Of a stretch of DNA of 64,000 nucleotides, positions 1-9,719 are shown one piece after another. The notes under the pieces were generated by a model. That model searched no databases and had not been told where the DNA came from. It saw nothing but the letters and a program-made list of their open reading frames with translations. Each line of letters begins with the position of its first letter. Position 1 is the stretch's first letter. Made by a program: the position numbers and the translations under genes. Source of the stretch: an uncultured Candidatus Micrarchaeota archaeon. Lineage in GTDB: Archaea > Micrarchaeota > Micrarchaeia > Anstonellales > Bilamarchaeaceae. The DNA lies in NCBI GenBank assembly GCA_963804385.1, contig CAWDQD010000009.1:8890-72889 (forward strand), read 5' to 3'.

Positions 1-340
1 GTTTCGCGCATGTCGTGGTCTTTCCAGAGCCGTACAATCCGCAGACGAGGATCCTGTGCTTGTCGAGCCTCGGTACATAGCTTTGCCCCATCAGCGAGAC
101 AAGCTCCTCATAGACGACCTTCGTGACATGCTCCTTGAGGCTCAGGGACTCCATCTTCTCGGATTTAAGGGAGCGTTCCTCGATCTTTTTCGATAAGGAT
201 AAGACTAGCTTCACGCTGACATCATTTGATATCAGCACGCGCTGGAGGTCCTTGATGAGCGCCTTGACGTCATCGGCATCAACATACGGCTTGCCGGTGA
301 GTTTGGAAAGCGCTTCGCGGAGTGTTTTCCCTAGATCCAT
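1..340 (-). CDS. srp54: Signal recognition particle 54 kDa protein (5' part; runs off window start)
   Basis: Manual translation from ATG at 340: MDLGKTLREALSKLTGKPYVD...DLQRVLISNDVSVKLV...ILVCGLYGSGKTTTCAK, the SRP54 N domain plus G1 motif. Not in the supplied ORF track. Confidence 0.93.
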   Translation of the reverse strand, partial: MDLGKTLREALSKLTGKPYVDADDVKALIKDLQRVLISNDVSVKLVLSLSKKIEERSLKSEKMESLSLKEHVTKVVYEELVSLMGQSYVPRLDKHRILVCGLYGSGKTTTCAK

Positions 341-410
341 AAGCAAAATAGAAATATCTGGAAGGGTTTTAGAGGATGCCGCCCTCATGTTTGCCGTAAC
401 TTTAACGTGG

Positions 411-1040
411 TTATCTTTTTTTAGGTTCGAGGCCCATCTGTTTCCTAATGTGCTCGGGCAAGTTGTCTGCTTTGACAACATCTGCCCTGAAAGCGTAATC
501 CAGGTCTCCAAGCAACTGACTCGGCGAAGTCTCATACATGCCCCGTGCCCTTGGATGATCCAAATCTGGCTGAATTAGCGGCGTGCCATACATGATCCTC
601 GCTTTCTGCAGCACGATATCCGCATAATGTCTATCAATGGATTTTTCAGAATTTCTCATCATCATCAAGACGCCTAGTTGCTCTTCTGGGAGCGGGATAT
701 CGGAGCGAGATTTCATCCTCGTCATAAATCTCATTGCGAGATCAAATACCGATTGGACAATTAAAGGGGCAGCAGCCCGCATATCCTTCATCGCAGGCAC
801 CGCCTCTTCAATACCGAGCCGTAAGATGACCTGGGCGGCAGCGCATCTTGTCTCGTCGTCGTGCTCTGGTTGGAGAAGGCCTAAGAGCGCATCCTTCTCT
901 TTAGAGCGTAAGGGACGTGAATGATACAGATCTAAATGAAGACCAAGTTTCGGTGGGTGCTTCTTAACCTTAACCACAACGATATGCTTTGGCTGTGGAA
1001 TTGGTGTTTGAGGGTGCCGCGGCTGTTTAGTCATGAACAT
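411..1040 (-). CDS. Hypothetical protein with a HEAT-like repeat and Pro/Lys-rich N-terminus
   Basis: ORF 411..1058; likely start ATG 1040 or 1034, just after a TTATAAA box. HEAT-like segment LLGLLQPEHDDETRCAAAQVILRLGIEEAVPAM. Confidence 0.6.
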   Translation of the reverse strand: MFMTKQPRHPQTPIPQPKHIVVVKVKKHPPKLGLHLDLYHSRPLRSKEKDALLGLLQPEHDDETRCAAAQVILRLGIEEAVPAMKDMRAAAPLIVQSVFDLAMRFMTRMKSRSDIPLPEEQLGVLMMMRNSEKSIDRHYADIVLQKARIMYGTPLIQPDLDHPRARGMYETSPSQLLGDLDYAFRADVVKADNLPEHIRKQMGLEPKKR

Positions 1041-1204
1041 ACATATACTACCAAACAATTTATAATCTATACCCTGAGTGCGTATCTTCGGGTTTTCAGG
1101 CCTTACGCTAATTTTTTAAAGGTTTTTTATCAATAGATAGTCAGCTTATTTTAGCCAAGCAACAATTTGAGTCAGCATTTTGAACACTCGAAAGGTGAAA
1201 CACT

Positions 1205-2854
1205 ATGACGAAACAGGTATCAGGAGATCAGGTCTATGTAATGCCTGAGGGATCGCAGCGCGTGATTGGAAGGGACGCGATGCGCGTGAACATAGCCATA
1301 GGCTATGCGGTTGCGAACATCGTCAAGACCACTCTGGGTCCGAAAGGCATGGACAAGATGCTGGTATCGGATCTCGGAGACATCGTGATAACGAACGATG
1401 GCGCGACAATACTCGAAGAGATGAACGTCGACCACCCGGCTGCTAAGCTCATGGTCGAGATAGCGAAGACCCAGGACAAGGAGGTCGGCGACGGAACGAC
1501 CACGAGCGTGGTCATCGCAGGCAACCTGCTTTACCGGGCCGGAGAGCTCCTCAACCAGAACATCCACCCGACCGTGGTGATAAAAGGCTACGAGCTCGCC
1601 GCTAAGAAAGCCGAGGAAGTACTCAACAAGGTGGCCGAACCGGTCACGCTTGCAGACAAGGAAGTACTCAACAAGATCGCGCTCGTCGCTATGGGTTCCA
1701 AGGGCATCGGCAGCGATGACGAGAAGAAGAAGATCGCTCACATAATCTCTGATGCGGTGATGCAGGTCGCTGAGACCAAGAACGGCAAGCTGAAGGTGGA
1801 CCTGGACCTGATAAAGGTCGAGAAGAAATCCGGTGGAGAGGTCCTCGACACCGAGCTTATCCGCGGTGTCCTTGTGGACAAGGAGATCGTCCACTCTGGC
1901 ATGCCGAAATCAGTGAAGGACGCGAAGATACTCCTTCTGGACGCGGCGCTCGAGATCGAGAAGACCGAAGTGGATGCGAAGATCGAGATCACATCCCCTG
2001 ACAAGATGGAAGCATTCCTGCAGCAGGAAGAGAAGATGATGAGGGACATGGTGGACAAGATAGCCGCCACCAAAGCCACAGTCGTTTTCTCCCAGAAAGG
2101 CATCGATGATTTGGTGCAGCACTTCCTGGCCAAGAAAGGCATCGTAGCGGTCCGCCGCGTGAAGAAGAGCGACATGGAGAAGCTCTCGCGGGCGACCGGA
2201 GCGAGCATCGCATCGACGCTCGAGGACCTGAAGGAAACCGATCTGGGTTTCGCAGGCACTGTAGAAGAGCGCAAAGTCGGCGGAGAAGCCATGGTCTTTG
2301 TGGAAAAGTGCAAGGACCCGAAGAGCGTCACCATATTCGTGCGCGGCGGAACCGACCACGTGGTCAGCGAAGTCGAGCGCGCGGTGGTCGATGCGAGAGG
2401 CGCTGTCTCTAGCGCGCTCCAGGACGGCAAATACGTCGTGGGCGGCGGAAGCGTCGAGATGGAGATAGCAAGGGAGCTGCAGACCTACGCCATACAGATC
2501 GGCGGCAGGGAGCAGCTTGCCATCCAGGGCTTCGCAGAGGCGCTTGAATCCATCCCAAGAGCGCTCGCAGAGAACGCTGGTATGGATGTCATAGACACGA
2601 TCGTGGCCCTCCGGAACAAGCACAAGGAAGCCAACGGCAAGACGATCGGGGTCGATGTCATAGCCGGCAAGGTCGGCGACCTCAAACCGCTCGGAATCTT
2701 CGAACCTGCAAAAGTGAAGAAGCAGGCGATCGGCTCCGCCACAGAGACTGCGAGGCTCATCCTCAGGATAGATGATATCATCTCATCCAGGGGCGGCTCC
2801 AAAGGCGGTATGCCTCCAGGCGGTCCTGGCGGCATGGGAATGGACATGGATTGA
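1205..2854 (+). CDS. ths: Thermosome subunit (group II chaperonin)
   Basis: [27 protein letters not shown] motifs; GGM-rich C-terminal tail; GGTGA RBS. Confidence 0.98.
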   Translation: MTKQVSGDQVYVMPEGSQRVIGRDAMRVNIAIGYAVANIVKTTLGPKGMDKMLVSDLGDIVITNDGATILEEMNVDHPAAKLMVEIAKTQDKEVGDGTTTSVVIAGNLLYRAGELLNQNIHPTVVIKGYELAAKKAEEVLNKVAEPVTLADKEVLNKIALVAMGSKGIGSDDEKKKIAHIISDAVMQVAETKNGKLKVDLDLIKVEKKSGGEVLDTELIRGVLVDKEIVHSGMPKSVKDAKILLLDAALEIEKTEVDAKIEITSPDKMEAFLQQEEKMMRDMVDKIAATKATVVFSQKGIDDLVQHFLAKKGIVAVRRVKKSDMEKLSRATGASIASTLEDLKETDLGFAGTVEERKVGGEAMVFVEKCKDPKSVTIFVRGGTDHVVSEVERAVVDARGAVSSALQDGKYVVGGGSVEMEIARELQTYAIQIGGREQLAIQGFAEALESIPRALAENAGMDVIDTIVALRNKHKEANGKTIGVDVIAGKVGDLKPLGIFEPAKVKKQAIGSATETARLILRIDDIISSRGGSKGGMPPGGPGGMGMDMD

Positions 2855-2888
2855 AAGGAACCCACGGTTCTTTTTGAATCTCCTTTTT
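2854..2888 (+). terminator. Hairpin plus T-tract element, copy 1 of a 35-nt repeat
   Basis: AAAGGAACC-CAC-GGTTCTTTT hairpin followed by T-runs; 29/35 identical to the reverse complement of 44811-44845. Confidence 0.7.
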
Positions 2889-2952
2889 TATTTTCTACTT
2901 TTTCTCCGGTTTTTATCACCTATTATTATCCTTTCCATCAATCCCTATTACG

Positions 2953-3228
2953 ATGGTGAGGCTGCATATCCGCGTTTCAGGAGATGTACAAGGTGTTTTC
3001 TTCAGGGCAGGCGCGCAAAGCGAAGCCAAGCGGCTCGGTCTCAGCGGCTGGGTCCGCAACGTGGATGATGGTTCGGTGGAAGCGCTGGCAGAAGGCTCCA
3101 AATCCGCGCTGGACGAGTTCCTCGAATGGTGCTCCAAAGGCCCGGCAGGTGCCTCGGTGTCAGAGATGAAATACGAGTGGATGGAAGCCACTGGGGAATT
3201 CAGGGGCTTCAGGATAAGATACGAATGA
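2953..3228 (+). CDS. acyP: Acylphosphatase
   Basis: VSGDVQGVFFR and GWVRNVDDGSVE signatures. Confidence 0.95.
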   Translation: MVRLHIRVSGDVQGVFFRAGAQSEAKRLGLSGWVRNVDDGSVEALAEGSKSALDEFLEWCSKGPAGASVSEMKYEWMEATGEFRGFRIRYE

Positions 3229-3244
3229 TATGAAAAAGAAAAAA

Positions 3245-3667
3245 TCAATCGGCAGTGACGCTTCCACCCTTCACTGTCCCACGTCTTCTCGGATCGGAGT
3301 ATCTGTGCGCGAACTTGATCTTCCTGAGTTTCGCTACCGCGCGCTCAAGCTCGTCGAGCTCCAGGTCCTCTTCGAAATGCGATTTCGCCTCGTCCGGTAT
3401 CTCGATCAAGCCGCTGGCCTCGAAGCATATCGGCCGGTCGTCGACATCGGTGATCGAATCGAGCAGGTATGCTAGCGTGGATACCTTCGGGGTAGCATCC
3501 TTTGGCACCGTTATCCTGCCGTCACCCTTCTTGTGATGCGTTTCGATGAAATTCAGGACATCATGTAGCATGTCTATCTCGTCATCCCTGAACCTGTGGC
3601 TCTCCAGCCATTTTATGGCACTGTCGCTGAATACGAATTTCGTCACAACCTCACCTTCCTTAACCAT
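3245..3667 (-). CDS. Hypothetical protein
   Basis: 140-aa ORF with host-like codon usage directly downstream of pepA. Confidence 0.7.
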   Translation of the reverse strand: MVKEGEVVTKFVFSDSAIKWLESHRFRDDEIDMLHDVLNFIETHHKKGDGRITVPKDATPKVSTLAYLLDSITDVDDRPICFEASGLIEIPDEAKSHFEEDLELDELERAVAKLRKIKFAHRYSDPRRRGTVKGGSVTAD

Positions 3668-3684
3668 ACTCGATGGTATGCTTT

Positions 3685-5145
3685 TTATCCTTTCTTAAGC
3701 CGCGCGAGCGCCTCGGTGACGAGACGGACGCCGATTCCGCTCGCCCCCTTGTCAAGGTACGGGTGGGGCCATTTCACATAATCCACCGCGGCTATGTCGA
3801 GATGCGCCCATTTGACATCACCTACGAACTCCTTGAGGAACATGGCAGCGGTGATGGACCCGGCTTCGCCCTGCTCGGATATGTTCTTTATGTCGGCGAA
3901 ATCAGCCTTTATCATCTCTCCATACTCTGGCCAGGCAGGCATCCTCCATGCCCTTTCAAATGTTTCATCTCCGGCCTCTATTATCCCGTTCGCGACTCCG
4001 TCATCATTGGAGAACAGGCCTATCGCATGCCTTCCGAGGCTGACGACTATCGCCCCGGTGAGGGTCGCTAGGTCTATGATGGCTTCGGGTTTCTGCTCGG
4101 CCGCATATGCCAGAGCGTCTGCGAGAATCAATCTTCCTTCCGCGTCCGTGTTGAGAACTTCGATGGTCTTGCCGTTGTACGCTTTCACTATGTCCCCCGG
4201 TCTCTGGGCGGAACCGGATGGCATATTCTCTACAAGAGGCATGAGTCCGATCAGCCGGATCGGCAGCTTTCGCCTGGACACCGCCTTGAATACCCCGAGC
4301 ACGTTCATCGCCCCAGTCTTGTCGTATTTCATCTCGTGCATGTTCTGGGCTGGCTTAATGCTGATGCCCCCGCTGTCGAATGTGACTCCCTTCCCCACGA
4401 CGCAATAAAGGGGGAGATCCTTGCCTTTGTTGTACTCTAGTTTTATCAGCAATGGCTCCTCTGCGCTCCCCTGCGCCACAGCAAGAAGCGCGTTCATGTT
4501 CATCTTCTTCATCTTCGCGCGGTCGAATATCTCGATTCCGAGACCCTCCTCTTTCGCCAGGGTCTTGGCCCATTCCGCGACCTTTTTCGGGTTCGCGATG
4601 TTGGCCGGCTGGTCGTCGAGGGATCTGGCATAGTTCTGGGCCTGGGCCATGACATTCCCGGTCTCCAGGCCTTCTTTGGCGCCTTTGTCGTCAGCGCAAG
4701 CGATGATCATCCTCTCCACATCGAACAGCTCGTCCTTCTTCGTCTTGAATTCCGTGCACTTGTAGGACGCGAGCAGCCCGCCTTCGCAGAGCGCTTGGAC
4801 CGCTTTTCCGATGGTGATGCCTTCGGGCAGATCGGATGGAAGGAATACCGACACGTTCTTCTCCTTTCTGCCGACAGAATACCTCACCGCGAATCCGCCC
4901 GCCCTCCTGAAAAAGTCCAGCTTGAACTCATCCTTTTTGCCGAGGCCGATGACGACTAGGTGCTTAATCCCCCCTTCGGTATCGCATGGGAGCACCTGGA
5001 GCAGTTTGCCTTCATATCTCTCTCTTTTCACGCCATCCAGGAACCGTGCGATCTCTTTATCTGGTGCGGTCTCCTGAAAATGAAGGTAGCAGACTATCTC
5101 CCCCTTCATCTTTGCAAAATCAGTTCTGACGAATGAGGTTTCCAT
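3685..5145 (-). CDS. pepA: Leucyl aminopeptidase (M17)
   Basis: VGKGVTFDSGG, MKYDK, NTDAEGRL, DLATLTGA, WAHLDIA motifs. Confidence 0.97.
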   Translation of the reverse strand: METSFVRTDFAKMKGEIVCYLHFQETAPDKEIARFLDGVKRERYEGKLLQVLPCDTEGGIKHLVVIGLGKKDEFKLDFFRRAGGFAVRYSVGRKEKNVSVFLPSDLPEGITIGKAVQALCEGGLLASYKCTEFKTKKDELFDVERMIIACADDKGAKEGLETGNVMAQAQNYARSLDDQPANIANPKKVAEWAKTLAKEEGLGIEIFDRAKMKKMNMNALLAVAQGSAEEPLLIKLEYNKGKDLPLYCVVGKGVTFDSGGISIKPAQNMHEMKYDKTGAMNVLGVFKAVSRRKLPIRLIGLMPLVENMPSGSAQRPGDIVKAYNGKTIEVLNTDAEGRLILADALAYAAEQKPEAIIDLATLTGAIVVSLGRHAIGLFSNDDGVANGIIEAGDETFERAWRMPAWPEYGEMIKADFADIKNISEQGEAGSITAAMFLKEFVGDVKWAHLDIAAVDYVKWPHPYLDKGASGIGVRLVTEALARLKKG

Positions 5146-5175
5146 GGGAAGGATATTCTCTTCAACTTATAAAAA

Positions 5176-6906
5176 CTATTGGCCCCTTGCCCGCTGCAGT
5201 TGGAACATCTCGATGACTTCGGATGTGGTCGTTATGTCCAGAACGCCTTTGTCCGGCCTCATCTTCACCAGGCGGGGGAACCTGAGGGCGTACCCTTTCT
5301 CTCCGCTCCATCCGCAGGTGTGGTTCGGTGATTGCGTGATGTCATCGAATGCCACTTCTACAACGTATTTCGGTTCCACCCAGAAATCCACTTCTATCCT
5401 GCAATCCAGGTTCATGGCTGGTTTCTGCGTCTTCGTCTCTTCAAGGAGCACCTGCAGGTCCTTCATCTCCTGCTCCGTGAATCCGGTCGCCATCTTCGCT
5501 ATGGTCTCTAGCTTCCCGGAATCCGGATTATACACCGCGAGCAGCACGCCTCCGAACTCGAATTGCGCCCGGGTCCCGTGGCCGAGGTAATACCCCACGA
5601 TCACCCCGTCGATAGTGTCGACCGCCTTCCCGTAGGACTTCTTGAGCTTTATCCATGCGAATTTCCGTTTTCCTGCGTTATATGGTGATTTGAGGTCCTT
5701 TGCCATTATGCCCTCCAAGCCTTCGTTTATCGCGTGCTGGAACAGCTTGTCGAGCTCTTCCGCGTCGTCTATCTCGACGCTTTCACTGGGTTTTATCCTC
5801 TCACCCGTGAATGTTTTGACTATCATGTCCCTGCGCTTGGCGTAAGGTTCACCTGTCATGTCCTTCCCGTCGATGTAAAGTATATCGAACACGAAGATGT
5901 TGAGCGGGAAATCCTTCGATGATTGCTCTATCCCATGCTTCCTTCTCCTGTGCATGGTCTGCTGGAAAGGAAAATAGCGGTGTTTATCAGAATCATAGGC
6001 GAGCGCTTCTCCCTCGAAGATGAGCTCATTTTGGGCCATGGCCTGGACTTCTTTCACTATGTCCGGGAACATCGGGGTCATGCGTTCGAGCTTGCGTGAA
6101 TAGATCTCCACTTTGTTCGCTTTCTTGTGGACCTGCATGCGGAAGCCGTCGTATTTATTTTCGACCCCGCATCTTCCGAGCCTCTCTATTATGGCTTGGG
6201 GATCGCGTAGCCTCTCGGCTAGAGCCGGCATGAGCGGCTTGAACGGCTGCACATGGAATTTCTCTATGGAAGCTGGTTTAGTGTAGAATGTTTTAGCCAC
6301 AAACCCGAGGTCGGTGCAGACATTGTACGCGTGCTCGAGAGGTTCGCGCAGGGATTTGTCGCCTTTTTTAGAGACCGATAGCGCGTCGATTATGGTCGGG
6401 TCTCCTACTCCGAGCCTTAGTCGCCCGAGCACGAAACGCACGACATATCTGGCTTCTAGCGGCGAGGCATTGTTCAGCATCTCCGCGAGGCGCTTTATCT
6501 TCTGCTCCTGGCTTCCTGAGCCTGATGATTCCCCGATCTTCCGCATGGTCTCATACACGCGGACGAGGCCCATCTCGCTCGTGAAAAGCGCGGTCTGCCT
6601 CTTCTTCCCGATAAGTTCCTCAGCCGTGTCTCCCAAGTCTCCGCTCTTCTTGTAGTGCGCTTCCACCTGGCTTTTCGAATATCCCGCAGCGGAAGCGATG
6701 GCTTCTATGGCGAATTTTTCTCCCACTCCGAGATCGAGCCCTTCGTATGGTGGCGCGATTATGCCCTGCACGATGTAGACCAGCTTGTCTATCTCATCCT
6801 TGCCGGTCCTGGCGAACAGGGCTGCGAGCACGTCGGTCATCTCCAGCCTGCCGCTTCGCTTCTCTATCTCGGAGAAGACCTCGGCGACATCGGAGAACAG
6901 GAGCAT
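5176..6906 (-). CDS. lig: ATP-dependent DNA ligase
   Basis: Motif I ENKYDGFR, EGIMAK, WIKLK, ALRFPR; N-terminal DNA-binding domain. Confidence 0.97.
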   Translation of the reverse strand: MLLFSDVAEVFSEIEKRSGRLEMTDVLAALFARTGKDEIDKLVYIVQGIIAPPYEGLDLGVGEKFAIEAIASAAGYSKSQVEAHYKKSGDLGDTAEELIGKKRQTALFTSEMGLVRVYETMRKIGESSGSGSQEQKIKRLAEMLNNASPLEARYVVRFVLGRLRLGVGDPTIIDALSVSKKGDKSLREPLEHAYNVCTDLGFVAKTFYTKPASIEKFHVQPFKPLMPALAERLRDPQAIIERLGRCGVENKYDGFRMQVHKKANKVEIYSRKLERMTPMFPDIVKEVQAMAQNELIFEGEALAYDSDKHRYFPFQQTMHRRRKHGIEQSSKDFPLNIFVFDILYIDGKDMTGEPYAKRRDMIVKTFTGERIKPSESVEIDDAEELDKLFQHAINEGLEGIMAKDLKSPYNAGKRKFAWIKLKKSYGKAVDTIDGVIVGYYLGHGTRAQFEFGGVLLAVYNPDSGKLETIAKMATGFTEQEMKDLQVLLEETKTQKPAMNLDCRIEVDFWVEPKYVVEVAFDDITQSPNHTCGWSGEKGYALRFPRLVKMRPDKGVLDITTTSEVIEMFQLQRARGQ

Positions 6907-6956
6907 GCCAGCATCTCCCGCTAAATCAATAAAAACAATGCGGACCCTATCTTGCC

Positions 6957-7499
6957 ATGGTTACCATACGGCCTGCCCGCGCAAACGAATCCGGCGCGAT
7001 CCGCGGGCTGGTGGTGTCAGTCCTTAAGAGCGAAGGCATGTTCGACACTTTCTGGCACCTGGACGATTTGGATGACCCCGTGGCCGCCTACCGCGGAACC
7101 GGCGGGGAGTTCCTCGTGGCAGAAGAAGATGGGCATATCGTGGGTACCGCAGCATTCCATCCTCTTCCGCAAAAACTGGCTATCATCCGTCGCTTCTACG
7201 TGTCTGCCGGATTCAGGGGGAAAGGCGTTGGGCGGGAACTGCTTAGTCGCATTGAAGGGTTGTGCAAGGAGCGCGGAAACGCGCTTATAGTGGCGGTATC
7301 TGAACATGGCTTCAAGCGAGCCTTCGGCATCTATATCAAGGACGGCTTCGTGCCATTCAGGACCGAGCCGGAGAATTTCTTAGTCAAGTATCTGGCGCCT
7401 GGAGCTGATATCCCATGGCCACCCGGCAAGATGGCTAAAATGAACTGGTATTTCCAGTGGAAAGGCGATCGTTGGGTGCCGCTGGACGTTTGCGGATGA
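6957..7499 (+). CDS. GNAT family N-acetyltransferase
   Basis: RRFYVSAGFRGKGVGRELL acetyl-CoA binding motif A. Confidence 0.88.
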   Translation: MVTIRPARANESGAIRGLVVSVLKSEGMFDTFWHLDDLDDPVAAYRGTGGEFLVAEEDGHIVGTAAFHPLPQKLAIIRRFYVSAGFRGKGVGRELLSRIEGLCKERGNALIVAVSEHGFKRAFGIYIKDGFVPFRTEPENFLVKYLAPGADIPWPPGKMAKMNWYFQWKGDRWVPLDVCG

Positions 7500-7540
7500 A
7501 CCCATCATCGTCGAGATGCCGCGGAAATGGATTTTCCCGC

Positions 7541-8659
7541 TTATAGCCCTCGGTTCTCGGGGATTCCATTGAATCCTTCTTTTTCAAACCGCTCCGCCAG
7601 TTCCTTTGCTACAGTATCTCCAAACTGCTCCAGGGGGTGTTTCATAAGCCAGGAACTCGGCCCTATGAGGGGTCCGGATATCTTTTTATCCAAAGCCAGC
7701 TGGACGTATCTGAGCGCATCAGCGGAAACGCCGCTGGAATTGGCCTTATCATCCACTTCGAGGCGGACCTCCATATTGTATGGGATGTTGGCCCACATCC
7801 TCCCTTCTATGCGCATGAACATGAGCTTGGTATTGCCAAGGAATGGGATGAAGTCCGATGGCCCCACGTAAATCTGGTCATCCGGCAATCTCTGCTTGAG
7901 CTGCGATTGCACCGATTCGGTTTTCGATATCTTTTTGCTCTGCAGCCTGTCCCGTTCCAGCATGTTGCTGAAATCCGTGTTTCCACCGACGTTGATCTGG
8001 TACGTCTTCTCTATCTTAGTCCCCCGCGAATCGCAGAGCCTGGCCAGGGTCCTGTGGATTATCGTCGCTCCGACCTGGCCCTTGTAATCATCCCCTAAAA
8101 CAGGCAATCCCTTATCCTTGAATCTCTTGGCCCACTGCGGATTGCTTGCTATGAATACCGGCATCGCATTGACCATGCCGCATCCCGTCTCGAGCGCGAC
8201 CTCTGCCCAGAACTCCGTAGCCTTCTGCGATCCGACTGGGAGGTGGTTGAGGATGATCCTGGCGCCCGTCTTCTTTATCTCTGCGATCGCTTCCTTTCTC
8301 AATTGCTCTATCGTCTTGGTCTGTTTTACCGGTTTTATCATATTCTCCACGTAGATGCCTACGCCATCGAGTATCGGGCTCTCCTTGACCGTTCCGGAGC
8401 AGCAAGAGACCGAATCCGTCCACTTGACCTTGTTCGGGTACTCGTATACGGCTTGGCTGAGCGGTTTGCCGACCTTGTTCTCCCCTACGTCAAAAGATGC
8501 GACGAATTCGATATCCTGGACGCTGTAACCGCCGATTTTCTCGTGCATGACCCCGATCACTTGCTCTTTAGGGTTCCTCTTGTAGTACTCAATGCCTTGT
8601 ACCAGGCCAGCGAAACAGTTCCCTACACCAACGACCGCGCATCTGATTTTTCCTGCCAT
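7541..8659 (-). CDS. ino1: myo-inositol-1-phosphate synthase
   Basis: VGVGNC Rossmann motif, LPVGS, GDDYKGQVGAT, QINVGGNTDF, SKKISKT, DKANS. Confidence 0.95.
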   Translation of the reverse strand: MAGKIRCAVVGVGNCFAGLVQGIEYYKRNPKEQVIGVMHEKIGGYSVQDIEFVASFDVGENKVGKPLSQAVYEYPNKVKWTDSVSCCSGTVKESPILDGVGIYVENMIKPVKQTKTIEQLRKEAIAEIKKTGARIILNHLPVGSQKATEFWAEVALETGCGMVNAMPVFIASNPQWAKRFKDKGLPVLGDDYKGQVGATIIHRTLARLCDSRGTKIEKTYQINVGGNTDFSNMLERDRLQSKKISKTESVQSQLKQRLPDDQIYVGPSDFIPFLGNTKLMFMRIEGRMWANIPYNMEVRLEVDDKANSSGVSADALRYVQLALDKKISGPLIGPSSWLMKHPLEQFGDTVAKELAERFEKEGFNGIPENRGL

Positions 8660-8853
8660 ATTTCCACCATTACTTATCTAATGTTAAATAGTAAATATTA
8701 AATAATCCGGTGTATCCCCGATCCGGCGTCAGAACAGCGGATTTAGGGTGAACTCTTCCAATTTTAAAACCACCTGAACTAATGTAATACGCTAGTCCGA
8801 CTAGCTAGACTCTCTCCCTGCGAGCGCAAGGAGCGAATGACGGAGGCCAAATT

Positions 8854-9432
8854 ATGTATTACATCAAAACGGTAAACGACAGGGTAAGGATTCCGCCGAA
8901 CATGTTCGGAAGCGACATAAAAGATGCCATGAACGCCATACTGCGCGAACGCTACGAAGGCCGCATCTACAAGGACATGGGCATCGTCTTGGCGGTCAAC
9001 AATCCAAAGGTGCTTTCAGAAGGTGTCGTCATCCCTGGTGATGGCGGAGCATACTACTCCGTCCAGTTCGAGGCACTCACATTCTATCCGACAGTGAACG
9101 AGGTCTACAAGGCCGAGATAAAGGAGATCGTCGAATTCGGTGCGTTCTCATCGATCGGGCCGTTCCAGGGCCTGCTCCACGTCTCGCAGATAGACCGGGA
9201 GAAATTCTTCTACGACAAGAAATCCAAGACCCTAGGTTCGAAGGCCCTCAAGAGGAACCTGAAGAAGGGCGATGAGGTGCTGGCCAAGGTCTCCACCGTG
9301 AGCCTCAAGTCAACGTCCTCGGATACCAAGATCGGCCTCACGATGAGGCCCGACGGTCTCGGGAAGACCGAATGGCTCGAAGAGAAGGCAGCTCCTGCCA
9401 AGAAGAAGGAGAAACCAGAGAAGAAGGAGTGA
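8854..9432 (+). CDS. rpoE1: DNA-directed RNA polymerase subunit E' (Rpo7)
   Basis: VIPGDGGAY, S1 domain FGAF...GLLHVSQI, IGLTMRPDGLGK. Confidence 0.97.
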   Translation: MYYIKTVNDRVRIPPNMFGSDIKDAMNAILRERYEGRIYKDMGIVLAVNNPKVLSEGVVIPGDGGAYYSVQFEALTFYPTVNEVYKAEIKEIVEFGAFSSIGPFQGLLHVSQIDREKFFYDKKSKTLGSKALKRNLKKGDEVLAKVSTVSLKSTSSDTKIGLTMRPDGLGKTEWLEEKAAPAKKKEKPEKKE

Positions 9433-9436
9433 TCAC

Positions 9437-9619
9437 ATGAACGCATGCAAGCAGTGCCGCTATATAGTCACGACGAAAGAGAAGGTATGCCCCAAATGCC
9501 AGGGCGAGCTATCCGACAAGTACTCAGGGATGATAGTCGTCCTTGATCCGGAGCGCTCTGAGATCGCGAAGATGGTCGGTCTCAATACGGTCGGGAACTA
9601 CGCGATCAGGGTAAGGTAA
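9437..9619 (+). CDS. spt4: Transcription elongation factor Spt4 (RpoE'')
   Basis: ACKQC...CPKC zinc finger, DPERSEIA, YAIRVR; follows rpoE1. Confidence 0.96.
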   Translation: MNACKQCRYIVTTKEKVCPKCQGELSDKYSGMIVVLDPERSEIAKMVGLNTVGNYAIRVR

Positions 9620-9719
9620 TTTTTTTTATTTTATACATCTATTCATTTCGTCTTACGACGTATCCGCGCATATAAAAACACCCTGTATCATATCTGATAA
9701 AATAGGAGGTTCGGAGCCA

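Noticed and set aside
1220..2919. Long antisense and alternate-frame ORFs over the thermosome gene, and similar shadow ORFs throughout the window
   Set aside because: They overlap confidently identified genes and are expected from the C/G-ending codon bias; no motifs or RBS.
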